Shown here piece by piece: positions 12,760 to 24,599 of a stretch of DNA of 64,000 nucleotides; within the stretch, counting starts at the first letter, position 1; each line of letters starts with the position of its first letter. Under the pieces are notes generated by a model. The model was given only the letters and a program-made list of their open reading frames with translations. It did not search any database and was not told where the DNA came from. The DNA comes from Camelus dromedarius. Lineage: Eukaryota. Location: assembly GCF_036321535.1 (NCBI RefSeq), contig NC_087436.1, forward strand, positions 7,688,001 to 7,752,000, in the 5' to 3' direction. A program made the position numbers and the translations under genes.

Positions 12760-13260
12760 CAGGCATGTCTTGGAGGTATCGCTGGTTCAGTTCCAGAACA
12801 TCATCCCCAGCGGAGAGAATATCACAGGAAAGTTAGCCACATGAATGCTTTGGTCTCCCAGTGCAGGTGAGGTACATTTACACTATACTGTAGTCTGTCA
12901 AGTGTGCAATAGAAATATGTCTAAAAAAAAATGTTCATGCCTGAATTAAAAAGTCCTTTATTGCTAAAAAAAAAATTAATCATCATTAAAGCCTTCAGTG
13001 AATCACAATCTTTTTGTAATAGTAACATCAGAGATCACTAATCTCAGATGATCATCATAGTAAATACAATAATAATAAAAATGTTTGCAGTATTTTGAGA
13101 ATTATCAAAATATGACACAGAGACAAAGTGAGAAATGATGTTGGAAAAATGCTGCTAATAGACTTGCTTGAGCCAGGATTACTACAGATCTTTAATTTGT
13201 ATAAAATGCAATATCTGCAAAGCACAATAAAACAAAGGGCAATAAAATGAGATATTCTTA
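12760..13260 (-). mobile_element. Internally deleted Tigger1 (TcMar) DNA transposon
   Basis: Starts ta|caggcatgtcttggaggtatcgctggttcagttccaga and ends gcacaataaaacaaagggcaataaaatgagatattctta|ta. Both Tigger1 ends are present with TA flanks. Confidence 0.85.
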
Positions 13261-13862
13261 TACTTTGAAGAATTGGAGACTCAGATTGTTTTTTTTTTTT
13301 TTTTTCTTTAAAACTGGGAGACTGGGAGATTAAAAGAATACGAGACTGGGAATCTATGTGATTTTAAGACTCTCAGACTTGCTGACTTCAGGCCCAGAGA
13401 CCCATAGCACTATAGAAATTTGAGAACGTAAAACATCAAAACCATGAGCTTGTTAGACTAAATTGTTGTAAAACTGCAAGACTGGGCAGCCCCACCCCTC
13501 TCTGCGCTTACTTAGTAAAGCTCCCCTTGCTTCTGTGTCTTCTTTGCACTTAAGCCTGACGTGCCCGCCCACAGGCTCACCCAGGGCTTGCCTGGGTTTC
13601 CTTGTCTGGGAGGCATTCACACTCCTGCATGTCCTGTTCCCAATTCTATTATAATTCCCATGTACGAATACTTTCTCCACTGTGCGCTTGACGAGAAAGG
13701 GGAATTTCATGCAGCGTTTTATCCCTTTGGAATCCTTTATCCACTGGTTTTAGGTGTCTTTGCAAACAGTATGATAATTGGGATTATCTGGTAACATCTT
13801 GTTTTAGCACATGTGAAGGTCATTCACATTCTTCTCTATTCCAATCAGAGAATTGTTGGGTT

Positions 13863-14326
13863 CCATATATTTATTTATTTATTTATTCATTTTCATTGAA
13901 GTAGAGTCAGTTGACAATGTTGTGTCAATTTCTGGTGTACAGCATAATGCTTCAGTCGTACATGAACATACATATATTCCTTTTTATGTTCTTTTTATTA
14001 TAGGTCACTACAAGATATTGAATATAGTTTCCTGTGCTATACAGTAGGACCTTGCTGTTTGTCTATTTTATATATAATATTTAATATCTGCAAATCTTGA
14101 ACTCCCACCCCTTTTCCACTCTGGTAACCATAAGTTTGTTTTCTATGTCTAAAAATAGACCTACCTATGATCCAGCAATCCCGCTCCTGGGCATATATCT
14201 GGAGGGAATTCTCATTCATAAAGATATATGCACCCCAATGTTCATAGCAGCACTATTTACAATAGCCAAGACATGGAAGCAACCTAATGACAGATGACTG
14301 GATAAAGATGTGGTGTCTTTATATAA
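13863..14326 (-). mobile_element. 5'-inverted, truncated L1 insertion
   Basis: Antisense L1 3' end (13863-14150) joined to a sense ORF2-end segment (14151-14326; YDPAIPLLGIY...MFIAALFTIAKTWKQP). TSD tgttgggtt at 13854-13862 and 14327-14335. Confidence 0.88.
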
Positions 14327-14456
14327 TGTTGGGTTATTTCTTGACTACTTCCTCCCTCTTGCTTCTACTCCCCTGTGAATACTTGTTTCATCCTTTCCTT
14401 TCCATTGTTTTAACCAGGATCCCATTGAGATCCTTACCCCATCCTTGTTTACATAC

Positions 14457-14941
14457 TGTTGACTGAAATAAATGCACAGCCTGAAAATTGAGATTTATGT
14501 TTTATTTGGCGGGAGGACTTGAGTTGGGATGACAGTCTCTCAGATCGCTCTGAGGTGCTGCTCTGAAGAGGTAGGGGAGAAGCCAGGATATATAGGAGTT
14601 TTACAACAAAGACCAGGTAGTTGGAACATTAAAAGATTACTGCTAATTAAAGAAAACCAGATATCTCAAGTTAAGGAATTTACTGCTCTTCTGTATATGG
14701 GAGGAGGCAAACATTTGGGCTCATTGAATTCATTCCTTTGACAAGCACCTAGCTGCCTAGGGCCAGTGTCCTGTCCTTTCTTATTCTGAGTCCCCTCAGG
14801 GTGCACCATTGTGAGTGGCTGCAGAGGCTGGGCTGCAGGCTGGTCTTCACCTGGAGGGGGCAGGTGGCGGCAGCCACTGATGACTTGATCGTTTCAGCAT
14901 TCTTTGTTTATAGATGTGGTTTGCAGTATTTTTCATTCACA
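14457..14941 (-). mobile_element. Solo LTR (MER41-like ERV1 of artiodactyls)
   Basis: TG...CA termini, tttatt near the left end, TSD atac/gtac. The start tgttgactgaaataaatgcacagcctgaaaattgag resembles artiodactyl MER41-type LTRs. Confidence 0.8.
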
Positions 14942-15339
14942 GTACCCATCACTTTCAGGGTTATGTTCCTAAATTGGTGATTTCTTCCTACGAATCCAAT
15001 GTTTTATTTGCTTTAATGTGTACTTCTTTTACCCTGATTGTGCAAAAAACTAACAAATAAAAACATGTGTATATAAACCTTTACATAATTAAATAATATG
15101 AAACATACATATGGATTTTTTTATCATGCTAACTTCTGTTGAAAAATGTGAATGCGTCTGTTCCTGAAAGAAGTTATATTTGATAAAAAGACACCTGTGC
15201 GGATGGAATTCCAGACACTTTTACATGGAAAATATCGCCTCTAGTGGATAAATCTACATGGGGACAATTAACAACCACAGGTGATGGTTACAACGTTCCA
15301 TGATGTCTTTCCGGTCTGATTTCTGTTCTGAACTTTCCA

Positions 15340-16600
15340 AACATAAAGTTACTGCCCTTAACATAAAGAAATAACAATATCTGTAAAAGCAAATGTCTTT
15401 ATATCATGTATAAAGACTTACCTTTAGCAAGTGGAGAAAACTAACCACTTCAAGACCTTTCAATAAGAACTACAAACAAAGGTGATTGGCTACCTTATTT
15501 ATATTTGGAAAGAAGGGGAAAATAGTAAATAACTGACAGTGACAATGAAAACTGTTTTTTTGCAATGCATCTGATAGATAATGTGTGACTAGATCCCCCG
15601 GCATTGCCTGCCTGTCAGTGTGGTACGAGCATTCTCTTTCAGGGGTATAGGAGTTGATAGAAGTAATGTCTTTTAAAAAATTTACATAGCAGTGTCAAAC
15701 AGCATGGAAGATTGAGAAAAATCATTGATGTCAATGAACCGATATTCAAAAGAACGATGTACCCTACAATTGGAGATTCCAATGAAGAGCAAAGATATGC
15801 TAATTGATGTTAGAGACTATCTTTCTGGCTGGACACAAAAAACATTTCAGGGAAGGGCTCTCAGTTAGAATATTATCTGTCTACTTTGTGGACATTCTCT
15901 TAATAGATCATTTTCTCAATGACGCTTTCTTGAGCACTTTATGTTTACACACCTGTTGGGTTACATTTTTCTGTGCTCATTGTATATTTGTTTTACAATT
16001 GCACACAGTTTGGTTTGGTAACAGAATGTAAGAGAGATTTATATGGTGGTAGATATATCTTGGGAGACCAAAGCAAACCAAAAACTCTTATGCATTCACT
16101 TGCCATCAAAATGAAACTATTATTATGGACAACATCAGAGAGAGTTTACTGACTGTACAAATTATATTCAGAGAAAAATCACACAAAGATGCTCTCACAA
16201 TTAGCATGACAGAACAAATGTTGCAGTAGGACATTAACTTGATCATTGAAAGTGATTTTGCCCATGAAAGTGATTTTTCTAGTCAAAACAAATCATTAAA
16301 AGGCATGTATTAGCAAGATTTATTAATCTAAATTAGTAAAAATACGTTTTAGACTACTTTGTCCAGTATTAGATGAAACGAAAACAAATTTTCAATAAAC
16401 TTAGAAAACCATGCTCATCTGAAAGTAGAAGCTTAAGACGTGTACATGAAATTCACTTTTTGGAGGCCAAGAGATAGTAATCCTCTAAAGCCACTAGTAA
16501 GTAATAATAATGATTTATGTGACTGTCAATCACAAGGAACAGGCATCATGAATGAGAGTCCATGATAACCAATCATTTCAAACATGAGCCAAAATAAAAA
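15340..16600 (+). mobile_element. Highly decayed hAT (Tip100-like) transposase fossil
   Basis: Ordered degenerate motifs in different frames: LKNLHSSVKQH (15673), AFTCHQNE..DN (16092; ~AFRGH..GN), VLDET (DET at 16372), EIHFLE, and CQSQGTGIMN (16524; ~QSYDGAxxM). Confidence 0.5.
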
Positions 16601-18233
16601 AATCACAAGGTTAAACATTCTGATTTGAAGATATTCATTCATGATCAAATTTGACTTTCATGGGTAACTCTGTACAGGAGGCTTCAGAATGGGTACCAAT
16701 ATGCAGGTGCTTATTTATCATAGATTTAAAAAATCTCTCAAGCAACAAAAGTAAGACCAGCCAGTAAATAACCAACAAGAAGTCCAGGCGGAAAAAAAAA
16801 ATCACATATTAACAATAAGAAGAAATTTTCCAGGAGTCGATTAATAGAATCCAAACAAAGCTTATACCCAAACAAAAGAAGAAGGTCCATGTTTGAAAAT
16901 TTACTAGACCTTTAAAAGGATGGGAAAGCCGAATGAATGATGTCAGCAGTAACCGACACTTTTCTATAGTGGCGACCAGACAGGATTTGCTATCAGGAGA
17001 GAATCAGATGGAATCCCGCTGCCTTTTGGGCCCATGACGAAAGCTCTAGTCAAACTCACGTGCAGTACAGAACCCAGAAAGTAATTTCAGTGGAAAATGA
17101 TGTAACAAAGCTCTAGCTTACGTAATATGTGTTTCGTCTAGCTTTCCAGATAGCAAAAAGATGTACTCTGGTAAGAAACAAAGGGTGCGAGGATGAGTGG
17201 GCCAAGAGAGGCCTTGGGAGCTGGTGCCAGGCAACTGAGCCCCGTAGGTGACATATATGCTAAGTCCTAGGGCCAACCTGGTCCTTCTTCCAAATGATAA
17301 ATTCTCCCAACGTTGCGGGGCTAACCAACTTCAACAGAAACCTAAGGTATGGGTTTTGTTGAAATGTATTCAATCAGTGGAATGAAAACATAGTATTATT
17401 CAGCTTTAATAGCAGATGATCTTATACACATGAAGTGCTCTTAAAGAACGTGCAAATCTGTATGAATATTTATTTTCCTGGACTGGCATTTCTTCCTTTG
17501 AAATTATTACTTCTTTTCTCTTCTTCTAATCTGCAACTTAGCAATTTTATTGAATGCCTTTCATAGAAAACTTTGTAAACATTTTTGATGGGTATCAAAT
17601 AAAATTAAGTGGGGAATGCATAATTAATTGATACATAAAGATCTCTGTGGTATATATTATTTTTGTGTTATTCAGACATTGAGAATACTGAATTATCTGT
17701 TCCAAAAAATAATATATATATATAGGTTAGGTGTGGTCCAAGTATATATACTTTCTAGATTCTAGTTCTTTTCCAAATATGTGAATAACCAGGTGCAAAT
17801 TGTCAAAAAGATTGGGATAAGAAGCATCCAAAATATTAAAACTGCATTCTTTTAATTTTTAATGTCACATGATGTACTATTACTAAACTTTGAAATGAGA
17901 CATGATTTTTTGTATTCTTATTTCTAAGACAAACATCACTGCTTGTACTTGTACATGTCTGAGGAATTAAAACTTTGCCCATCTGTTAGTCAATGGATAA
18001 GAAAGAAATGTGTATAATTCCAAGTATCTGGAAGATCCAAGATCTGTTTAGCGTGACAGGATGTCAACAACGCAGAACAAAAGGCTTTTGCGAGAAGCCA
18101 AGGGGCAGGGTACTCAGGGCTCTCAGGAACCACCCCTCCTTCTGCCCCGTCTCCCTCGCCCCTGCACACATAGAAAAGTGTCTCCATGACCCAAGGTCGT
18201 AATGAAATGAATTCCCAAGGCCGTTTTAGTTCA

Positions 18234-18448
18234 ACTAGATGGTGTAATAAGAGCGTCCACCTTTCATCCACGCAAAAGAGCCGACTGTAAAATTTCAGGA
18301 ATTGTGACAGCCACCTGACATCACGTTAGCGGTTTGAAAAATCAGCCGTTTCCAGAACATTTATAGCATCGAAGTCAGCAAACACTGCAAATCACCCTCT
18401 CCTCCCGACGCCCAGGGGCTTGGTCAGCATTTACGAGGACGTCACTAG
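18234..18448 (+). mobile_element. MER63-like hAT-Blackjack MITE
   Basis: gagccgactgtaaaatttcaggaatt...gaagtcagcaaacactgcaaatca...cagcatttacgaggacgtcact resembles the MER63 consensus as recalled. Confidence 0.65.
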
Positions 18449-18449
18449 T

Positions 18450-18760
18450 TACCTGTCACTGAGGGAAATGACTTCTTTAAACTCTTTGACTTCAATGAGA
18501 GGCTTTTTCCCTGGCTGTGGTCCTCCGTCTCAGATGTCTCTTCTGTGAATTTCTGAACTCCTAATCCTCCACTCCTTAAACTGTGAGTTCTTCAGGATTT
18601 AGGAGCTGTGCTCTCTCCAGGTGGGAGCTTTGCTCCTCCATTCTTTAACCAGCTTACAAGCCTTTCTCAAGTTCTAAAGTTGCTTATTCAATTTCTTTCT
18701 CAGCAACTCCATTTACATGCCCGAGAAGGGACAGCAGTCTCAACATGGACAACTCCGAAC
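18450..18760 (+). mobile_element. L2 fragment
   Basis: Pyrimidine-rich L2-like text, e.g. ccttaaactgtgagttcttcagg...gggacagcagtctcaacatggacaactccgaactc. Confidence 0.45.
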
Positions 18761-19377
18761 TCCTCTCCTGCTGTCTGTTTACCCTCCTGTGATACTGATC
18801 ATGGTGTTTCCTTGTCCAGGGACCTCCTCTGTCCCCTGTGCCCCCGCACTGAGCAAGCATCACCTACAGACTCGCTAGCTCGCTAGAGCCGGCCCTCCAT
18901 GGAAGGGTCTCTCCACATCTTTAGCCTCGTCGTTTATCACCTGTACGCCTCCTTCTTAGACCCAAGCTACAATGAGTTGCTCAAAGTCCCTCTCATGTGT
19001 CTGCAAAAGAAGGGCAGAGAGAAGTGCTGGCTGCCCCCGAAGCAGAGAAAAGACAGACGGGAAGATGTCTGCCGTCAGAGGAATCATCTAACTTGTTTTG
19101 AGAATGCCCTCCGAGCTGGGACAGCTTAAGCCTGCATCCCTGGAGCAACGTAGGAATACTGACGACAAGGTTCCCATTTGCTTTGTCTGGTTTAGGAGCT
19201 CTGGGTCTTCAGTGGTCTCCATGTAATAATCAGATGTGAGCATCGCTTGTGCCGTTCGTCTGCCCCCCGCAGGTTCCAAAGCTAGAACTGGGTGGAGGGA
19301 AGAGGAAGGACCTCTTACACCCCAGTGCTCTTGTCTGTTATCACCACGCATCTGCTGGGGAATTCCTGCAAAGCCTG

Positions 19378-19902
19378 TGGTTGGTCTCACCATCTCAGTC
19401 ACCACTGCCTCAGATGGTGTTGGTCTGCACCCCACAGGCCTGCCAGCTATTTGCTTGCCCAGCCTCAACACTAAAGAAAGACCCCAGAGTCAGTGACAGA
19501 AACATCAATGGTTTAATGCTTGGGGGGACCTTACATGTCTGAAGCAAGGTCCTGGGTGACACACCACTGTGTGTGTCAGATGATGGGCAAAATATGGCTC
19601 CATCTTTGCTATGGGGGAGTGGTTACCAGTTATTGGGGGAGCTGACAACAGGTTGGCTCACTGGTTACCAGGGAAACCAGCGGAGGATCCCACCCCCTCA
19701 CCTCTCCTTGGATAAGCTATCATGGTGGAGATATTCTAATCTAAAGATTAGAGCAATCACTAGTTGTGGCCGGGGGCAAGTATGTGGGCATTTACTAAAG
19801 AGGGAAGGTCAGTCAGATGAGGAGGGTGTAGGTGAGGCAGGCACTGGCCAAGGAGGGGATGTACTGAGAGCAAGAGAACAGCCATCTTGAATGGCCTGAC
19901 CA
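19378..19902 (-). mobile_element. Solo LTR (ERV1-like)
   Basis: TGGT...ACCA termini, TSD cctg/cgtg, tttaat (ATTAAA on minus) near 19512, and gccatcttg (AAGATGGC on minus) near the U3 end. Confidence 0.75.
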
Positions 19903-20819
19903 CGTGGATGGTTTCACAAGTTCGTTCTCCCCCGCATCCAGCATCCTTGGACGAAGGCTCTTCCTCTTGAACTGACTACTTTGTGACTGACTTAGATGCC
20001 ATCTCCTTAGACTGTTTGCCCTCTCAGACGTAGCCTCATCATACTCCCCCTCCCCAGCCATTAGCCAGTCCCTTGAGATTTGCCCACTAGCAGCTGGCCT
20101 CTCAGACTCCAAAGGAAGTGCTGACTGATCGCGATTTTAATCAACTTCCACCCACTCCTGTGTCCTCTCTTCTCTAAAACATTTTATACACCCTTCTTTC
20201 CTCTATTTCTTTCTTCCTTTTTTAGAATTAGGAATGACGCAAAGCTAACTGGAATCAGGCAACTTAAACAAAATATTTATTCTCAGAGACGTGACAACTG
20301 AGATATACACTCCAGAACAGGGGATAGAAACTGTTTCACAAAGCTAGATAAGGAACAAATACATCCTCTAGTATGAATTCTTATTTAGTCTCAGCTTATA
20401 CATATAGCTTCTGTTCCTGTATTCTTCTGAAAATATTGACCTCTGGAATGCCACATAAAAAAATCAATTCAAGTCTTTATTTTACTGATTTATAAATTGC
20501 CTCCTTCTCTCTGTGAAACATTGTGATCTGCTGTTTTTCTCAACAATATTTTCAGAATCGAACAATTTTCTAACTACCTTCACTGTGACCACCCACACCA
20601 CTGTCATCTTTCCCTTGGGTTTTTGTTCTGCCCACCTGATGGATATCCCTGCTTCATGCCTTGAATTTTGGGGGCCAGTCCACACTCTCAGCTCAGAGAG
20701 CTGCTTTTCAAATCGAAATCAAATTACGATCATATCACTGATGCTTAAAATTTTATAAAATTTCCTCTCTCACTCAGAGAACCCACCACAGTGCTTACAA
20801 TGATAGCAGAGTCTGGGAT

Positions 20820-20885
20820 CTCCTGGATACTCACAGTGTTTGCCACTCCTGGGCATTCACAGAATTTGTCACTCCTGGACATTCA
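20820..20885. repeat. Degenerate 26-bp tandem repeat, about 2.5 copies
   Basis: ctcctggatactcacagtgtttgcca / ctcctgggcattcacagaatttgtca / ctcctggacattca. Confidence 0.8.
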
Positions 20886-20929
20886 GTGACTGTAAATCTC
20901 CCCTTCATGCTTCTAACTTATCTCTGTGG

Positions 20930-21790
20930 CTTTTTTTTTTTTTTACTCTTCTTTTCCTCTTTTTTCTTTTTTAATTAACTATAGTTGATTTACACTGTTG
21001 TATTCATTTCAGGTGCACAGCAAAGTGATTCCGCTTTATGCATGTAGATATACATATGTATATATTCTTTTTTATATTCTTTTCCATTATGGTTTATTAT
21101 AAGATATTGAATATAGTTCCCTGTGCTATACAGTAGGACTTTGTTGTTTATCTATTTTATATACAGTAGTGTGTATCTGTTAATCCCCAAATCTCAATTT
21201 TTCCCTGCCCCTCCTCTCCCTGCTTTGGTAACCATAAGTTTGTTTTCTGTGTCTGTGAATCTGTTTCTGTTTTGTAAATAAGTTCATTTGTATCATTCTT
21301 TTAGATTCCACATATAAATATCATATGATATTTGTCTTTCTCTTTTTGGCTTACTTCACTTAATATGGTGATCTTCAGGTCCATCCATGTTGCTGCAAAT
21401 GGCATTATTATATTCTTGTTTATGGCTGAGTAGTATTCCAATGCATAAATGTATATACAACAACTTCTTTATCCAATCTTCTCTTGATGGACATTTAGGT
21501 TGTTTCCATGTCTTGGCTGCTGTAGATAGTGCTCCTGTGAAATTGGGGTGCATGTAACTTTTTGAGTTAGAGTTTTCTTCAGATATGCCCATGAGTGGGA
21601 TGCAGGATAAGATAAATCTATTTTTTAGTTTTTTTAAGGAAACTCCATACTGTTTTCCATAGTAGCTGCATCAATTTACATTCCCATCAGCAGTATAAGA
21701 GGGTTAATTTTTATCCACAAAGTTTCCAGCATTTATCATTTGTGGACTTTTTAATGATGGATATTCTGAGTGGTGTGAGGTGATAATTTT
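20930..21790 (-). mobile_element. 5'-truncated L1 (3' UTR and end of ORF2)
   Basis: Poly-T at the left. ORF 21356-21592 gives ALSTAAKTWKQPKCPSREDWIKK, the L1 ORF2 C-terminal region. Confidence 0.93.
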
Positions 21791-21954
21791 GATGTGTGTG
21801 TGGTGTGTATGCATGTGTTTTAGCATTTCAAACTGTGCATAAATTCTGGTCAAGAATCCTTTCTTGTGATACATTCTCAGTATGTATCACAGCACCTTAT
21901 ATATAAAAGCAGCTGTGTGAGTGAGCCAATGCTATATAAAAATCTATCATACTA

Positions 21955-22112
21955 GGGGAGGAAGGTATAGCTCAAGTGGTAGACTGTTTGTTTAGCATGC
22001 AAAAGGTTCTAGGTTCAATCCCCACTACCCCCTTCAAGCATAAATAAGCACATAAGCCTAGTTACTACACCCCCTCAAAAAAAGAAAAAGCAAAAACAAA
22101 GCCAACAACAAA
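21955..22112 (+). mobile_element. Vic-1-like SINE
   Basis: ggtatagctcaagtggtag...ggttcaatcccc plus A-rich tail. TSD aaaaatct(a/g)tcatacta at 21938-21954 and 22113-22129. Confidence 0.92.
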
Positions 22113-24405
22113 AAAAATCTGTCATACTAAATCTTATTTTGATAACGTTTGGAAGCAATGAAATTCATGAGCTATTGATCAATTACATTTACAACATAGA
22201 CGTTATGTGCTGTGGCACAGCCCAGTGTTTTCATGTAATTGCAATATACTTCCTCTTAAGTATAGCTTACTTGTTTTGAGTATATTCATAGATGTCATTT
22301 AATGAATTTTATAATTGTTCTATAAGACAGACCAAGTGCTTTAAAAAGTATATGCTTATTTTAAATTTCATATTCATCTTAGAATATAATAAAAGTATAC
22401 ACAAAATCCCAAAAGCAACTGTAATTCAACCACCCTGAGATATTAAGTATTATTATCTGTATTGTATATTCACATATCATTTCTAGGCATACTTGTATTT
22501 TCCCACCAAAACAATCATAAAGTAAAATATATTATAACCTGCTTTCAAAATCAGTCTGAAATATTATCTCTTGTGATTAAACGTTCTTTTGTGTAAGATT
22601 TTTTTAATGTCTACACTAACTACAATAGCGTGATTAAATGCTTTAAGAATTCTCAGGGTGTGAACAAAGCAATTGCAATTTTTACGGGTGCTTTTTTAAT
22701 TATTTGTTGCCTTTGAAAGAACTGATGCACTTTCTGTCTTACTTCATGTTAGTTAACAATATGTATATCCTTGAAACAAATCTTTATTTTTAGATAGTTT
22801 CTTAATCTTTCACTTCTGTATTTGTGTGTATCGTATTTTTATTTAGTTCACAGAAGAATAATTAGAAGTAGTACTATGACACAAAACAAAACAAAAATTA
22901 TACACTCTTTAACCCATAAGAGATTGCCATCGTTCCTAAAATATAAACAAATGTATGTATAATGTGAAAAGCAGTACAGAACCATAGATGGTAACGTACC
23001 AAATACGTGAAACACACAGCAAATGCTATGTGTATTTGGTGGGGAGGAGAAGAGAGAGAGAAAGAGAGAGAGAGGGAGACCTCTGTGGGCTACAGCAGTC
23101 AAGACAGATTTGGGGAAGGACATAGGACTTGGGAAGTGTCTTAAAGAACGAAGAACACACGAACAGATGGAAGGTGCGGGGAGAGGATGCCTGGTCCTGC
23201 TGCCCATCAGTTTCACGCAGGAAGTATGTTTGGTGCGTTTAGGGATGTGTAAATTGTATATAATGTGTTTATTTTTTGTTTTAATAACATAACGCTTCTT
23301 GTTCTCAAAGGACCTGTTCACTGTAATTGAAAAAGCCACAACTCCCTTAAGTACGCGTTTCTAATCCTCATCTCACGTTGTTCTTCCCTGTATCTTTATG
23401 CGTTGTCACTTTCCCCCTGTTGCGGTGACAGAGTTTTGCGTATTCCTTACCTCCAGTCACTCCACCCTCACCTTTGAACCTATTTTCTCCTGCCTCCTTC
23501 GAGACCTCCCTTCCTCACGCCTCCAGCCGTACCAGTTTTTCTCTCTTCCTTGCTGACCTAGTCTCTCCTGCTTAACGTTTCTTTCCAGGAGGCCTGTGTC
23601 TTTTTAACCTTGATAAACCCAAACTGTGAACTCAAAGCACAGAATTACTGTCTCCAATTCACCACTACCCATTCGCTCAGTAACAGTTTAATACCTGGAT
23701 TCTTAACCAAAAGACACTCATCTTTAAACAAATATTATCAGATTTCCCGTGTAAAGGAAAAACCCCATCCCAGGAAACTCCCTTTTGAACGGGAAACATT
23801 TGGGAGTGGTGTTTATGTTGCTGCCATCTGCCGGTAGCATGTAGTATTACACCACGTGGGACTGACGGGGCAAGGCGAAATATCTATTTCATGCTGGTAA
23901 ACAGGTTAGCTTCTCAGCTTTTTTTCTTAGCAAACGTGACAGTATACATTAGGTTGGATATAACGCTATCTTCAAATTCCAGAGGCTTATTTTTTTGTAT
24001 AGGTGGTTTAGTCATAAAATCAATGTACTCCTTTTGGTCTTTAATTCCTTGGTATCTGCATTATTTGACAGGGGGCCACCTATGTCTTCTCAAATCTCCT
24101 TTGTCTTTGCTTTCTTCGAGACCGCATCATCCTGGTTTGCCTCTTGTGACTGAAAACTCCCCGAATCCTTAAATGTCTTTATCTTTTTCATGCTTGTAAA
24201 ATCTACTTTCCAACCTCTACTTTTTCCATCTTCTCAACAGTTAATTAATAATTATTATTATTAATTATTATTCCAATAAATAAAGCCACTCTCTACATGA
24301 ATGAATCTCAAATCTTATTTCTGATTTGAATTTTTATTCTAATTTCTCATCTTTCTTATTGCATACTCTACAGTTTACTTTGGATGTTGCTCTATTGAAC
24401 ACACT

Positions 24406-24599
24406 TAGGGTCCCCATATAATTTATCATCCAAACCAATGACATTTTGGAGAAGGAAAACAGTTTCAGTAAGCCTCACTTAATTATTAAGAGGGATAAGT
24501 TGGGAGTTCAAGATTTAAAAAAAAAAAAGGAGTTAATTATATCTGGACGACAGGTGTAAACTGGACTGACCCAGGAACCCAGGACATATTGTCAACCTA
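24406..24599 (+). mobile_element. MER81-like hAT-Blackjack MITE with an internal insertion
   Basis: tagggtccccatataatttatcatccaaacc ... acaggtgtaaactggactgacccaggaacccaggacatattgtcaaccta, with degenerate TIRs. Confidence 0.75.

Noticed and set aside
15232..15250. CTCF-like motif cgcctctagtgg
   Set aside because: One G short of the CCASYAGRKGGC core spacing; a single degenerate match is not supportable.
22848..23339. Longest ORF (163 aa)
   Set aside because: Non-ATG start, low-complexity GA-rich content, no recognisable domain or exon boundaries.
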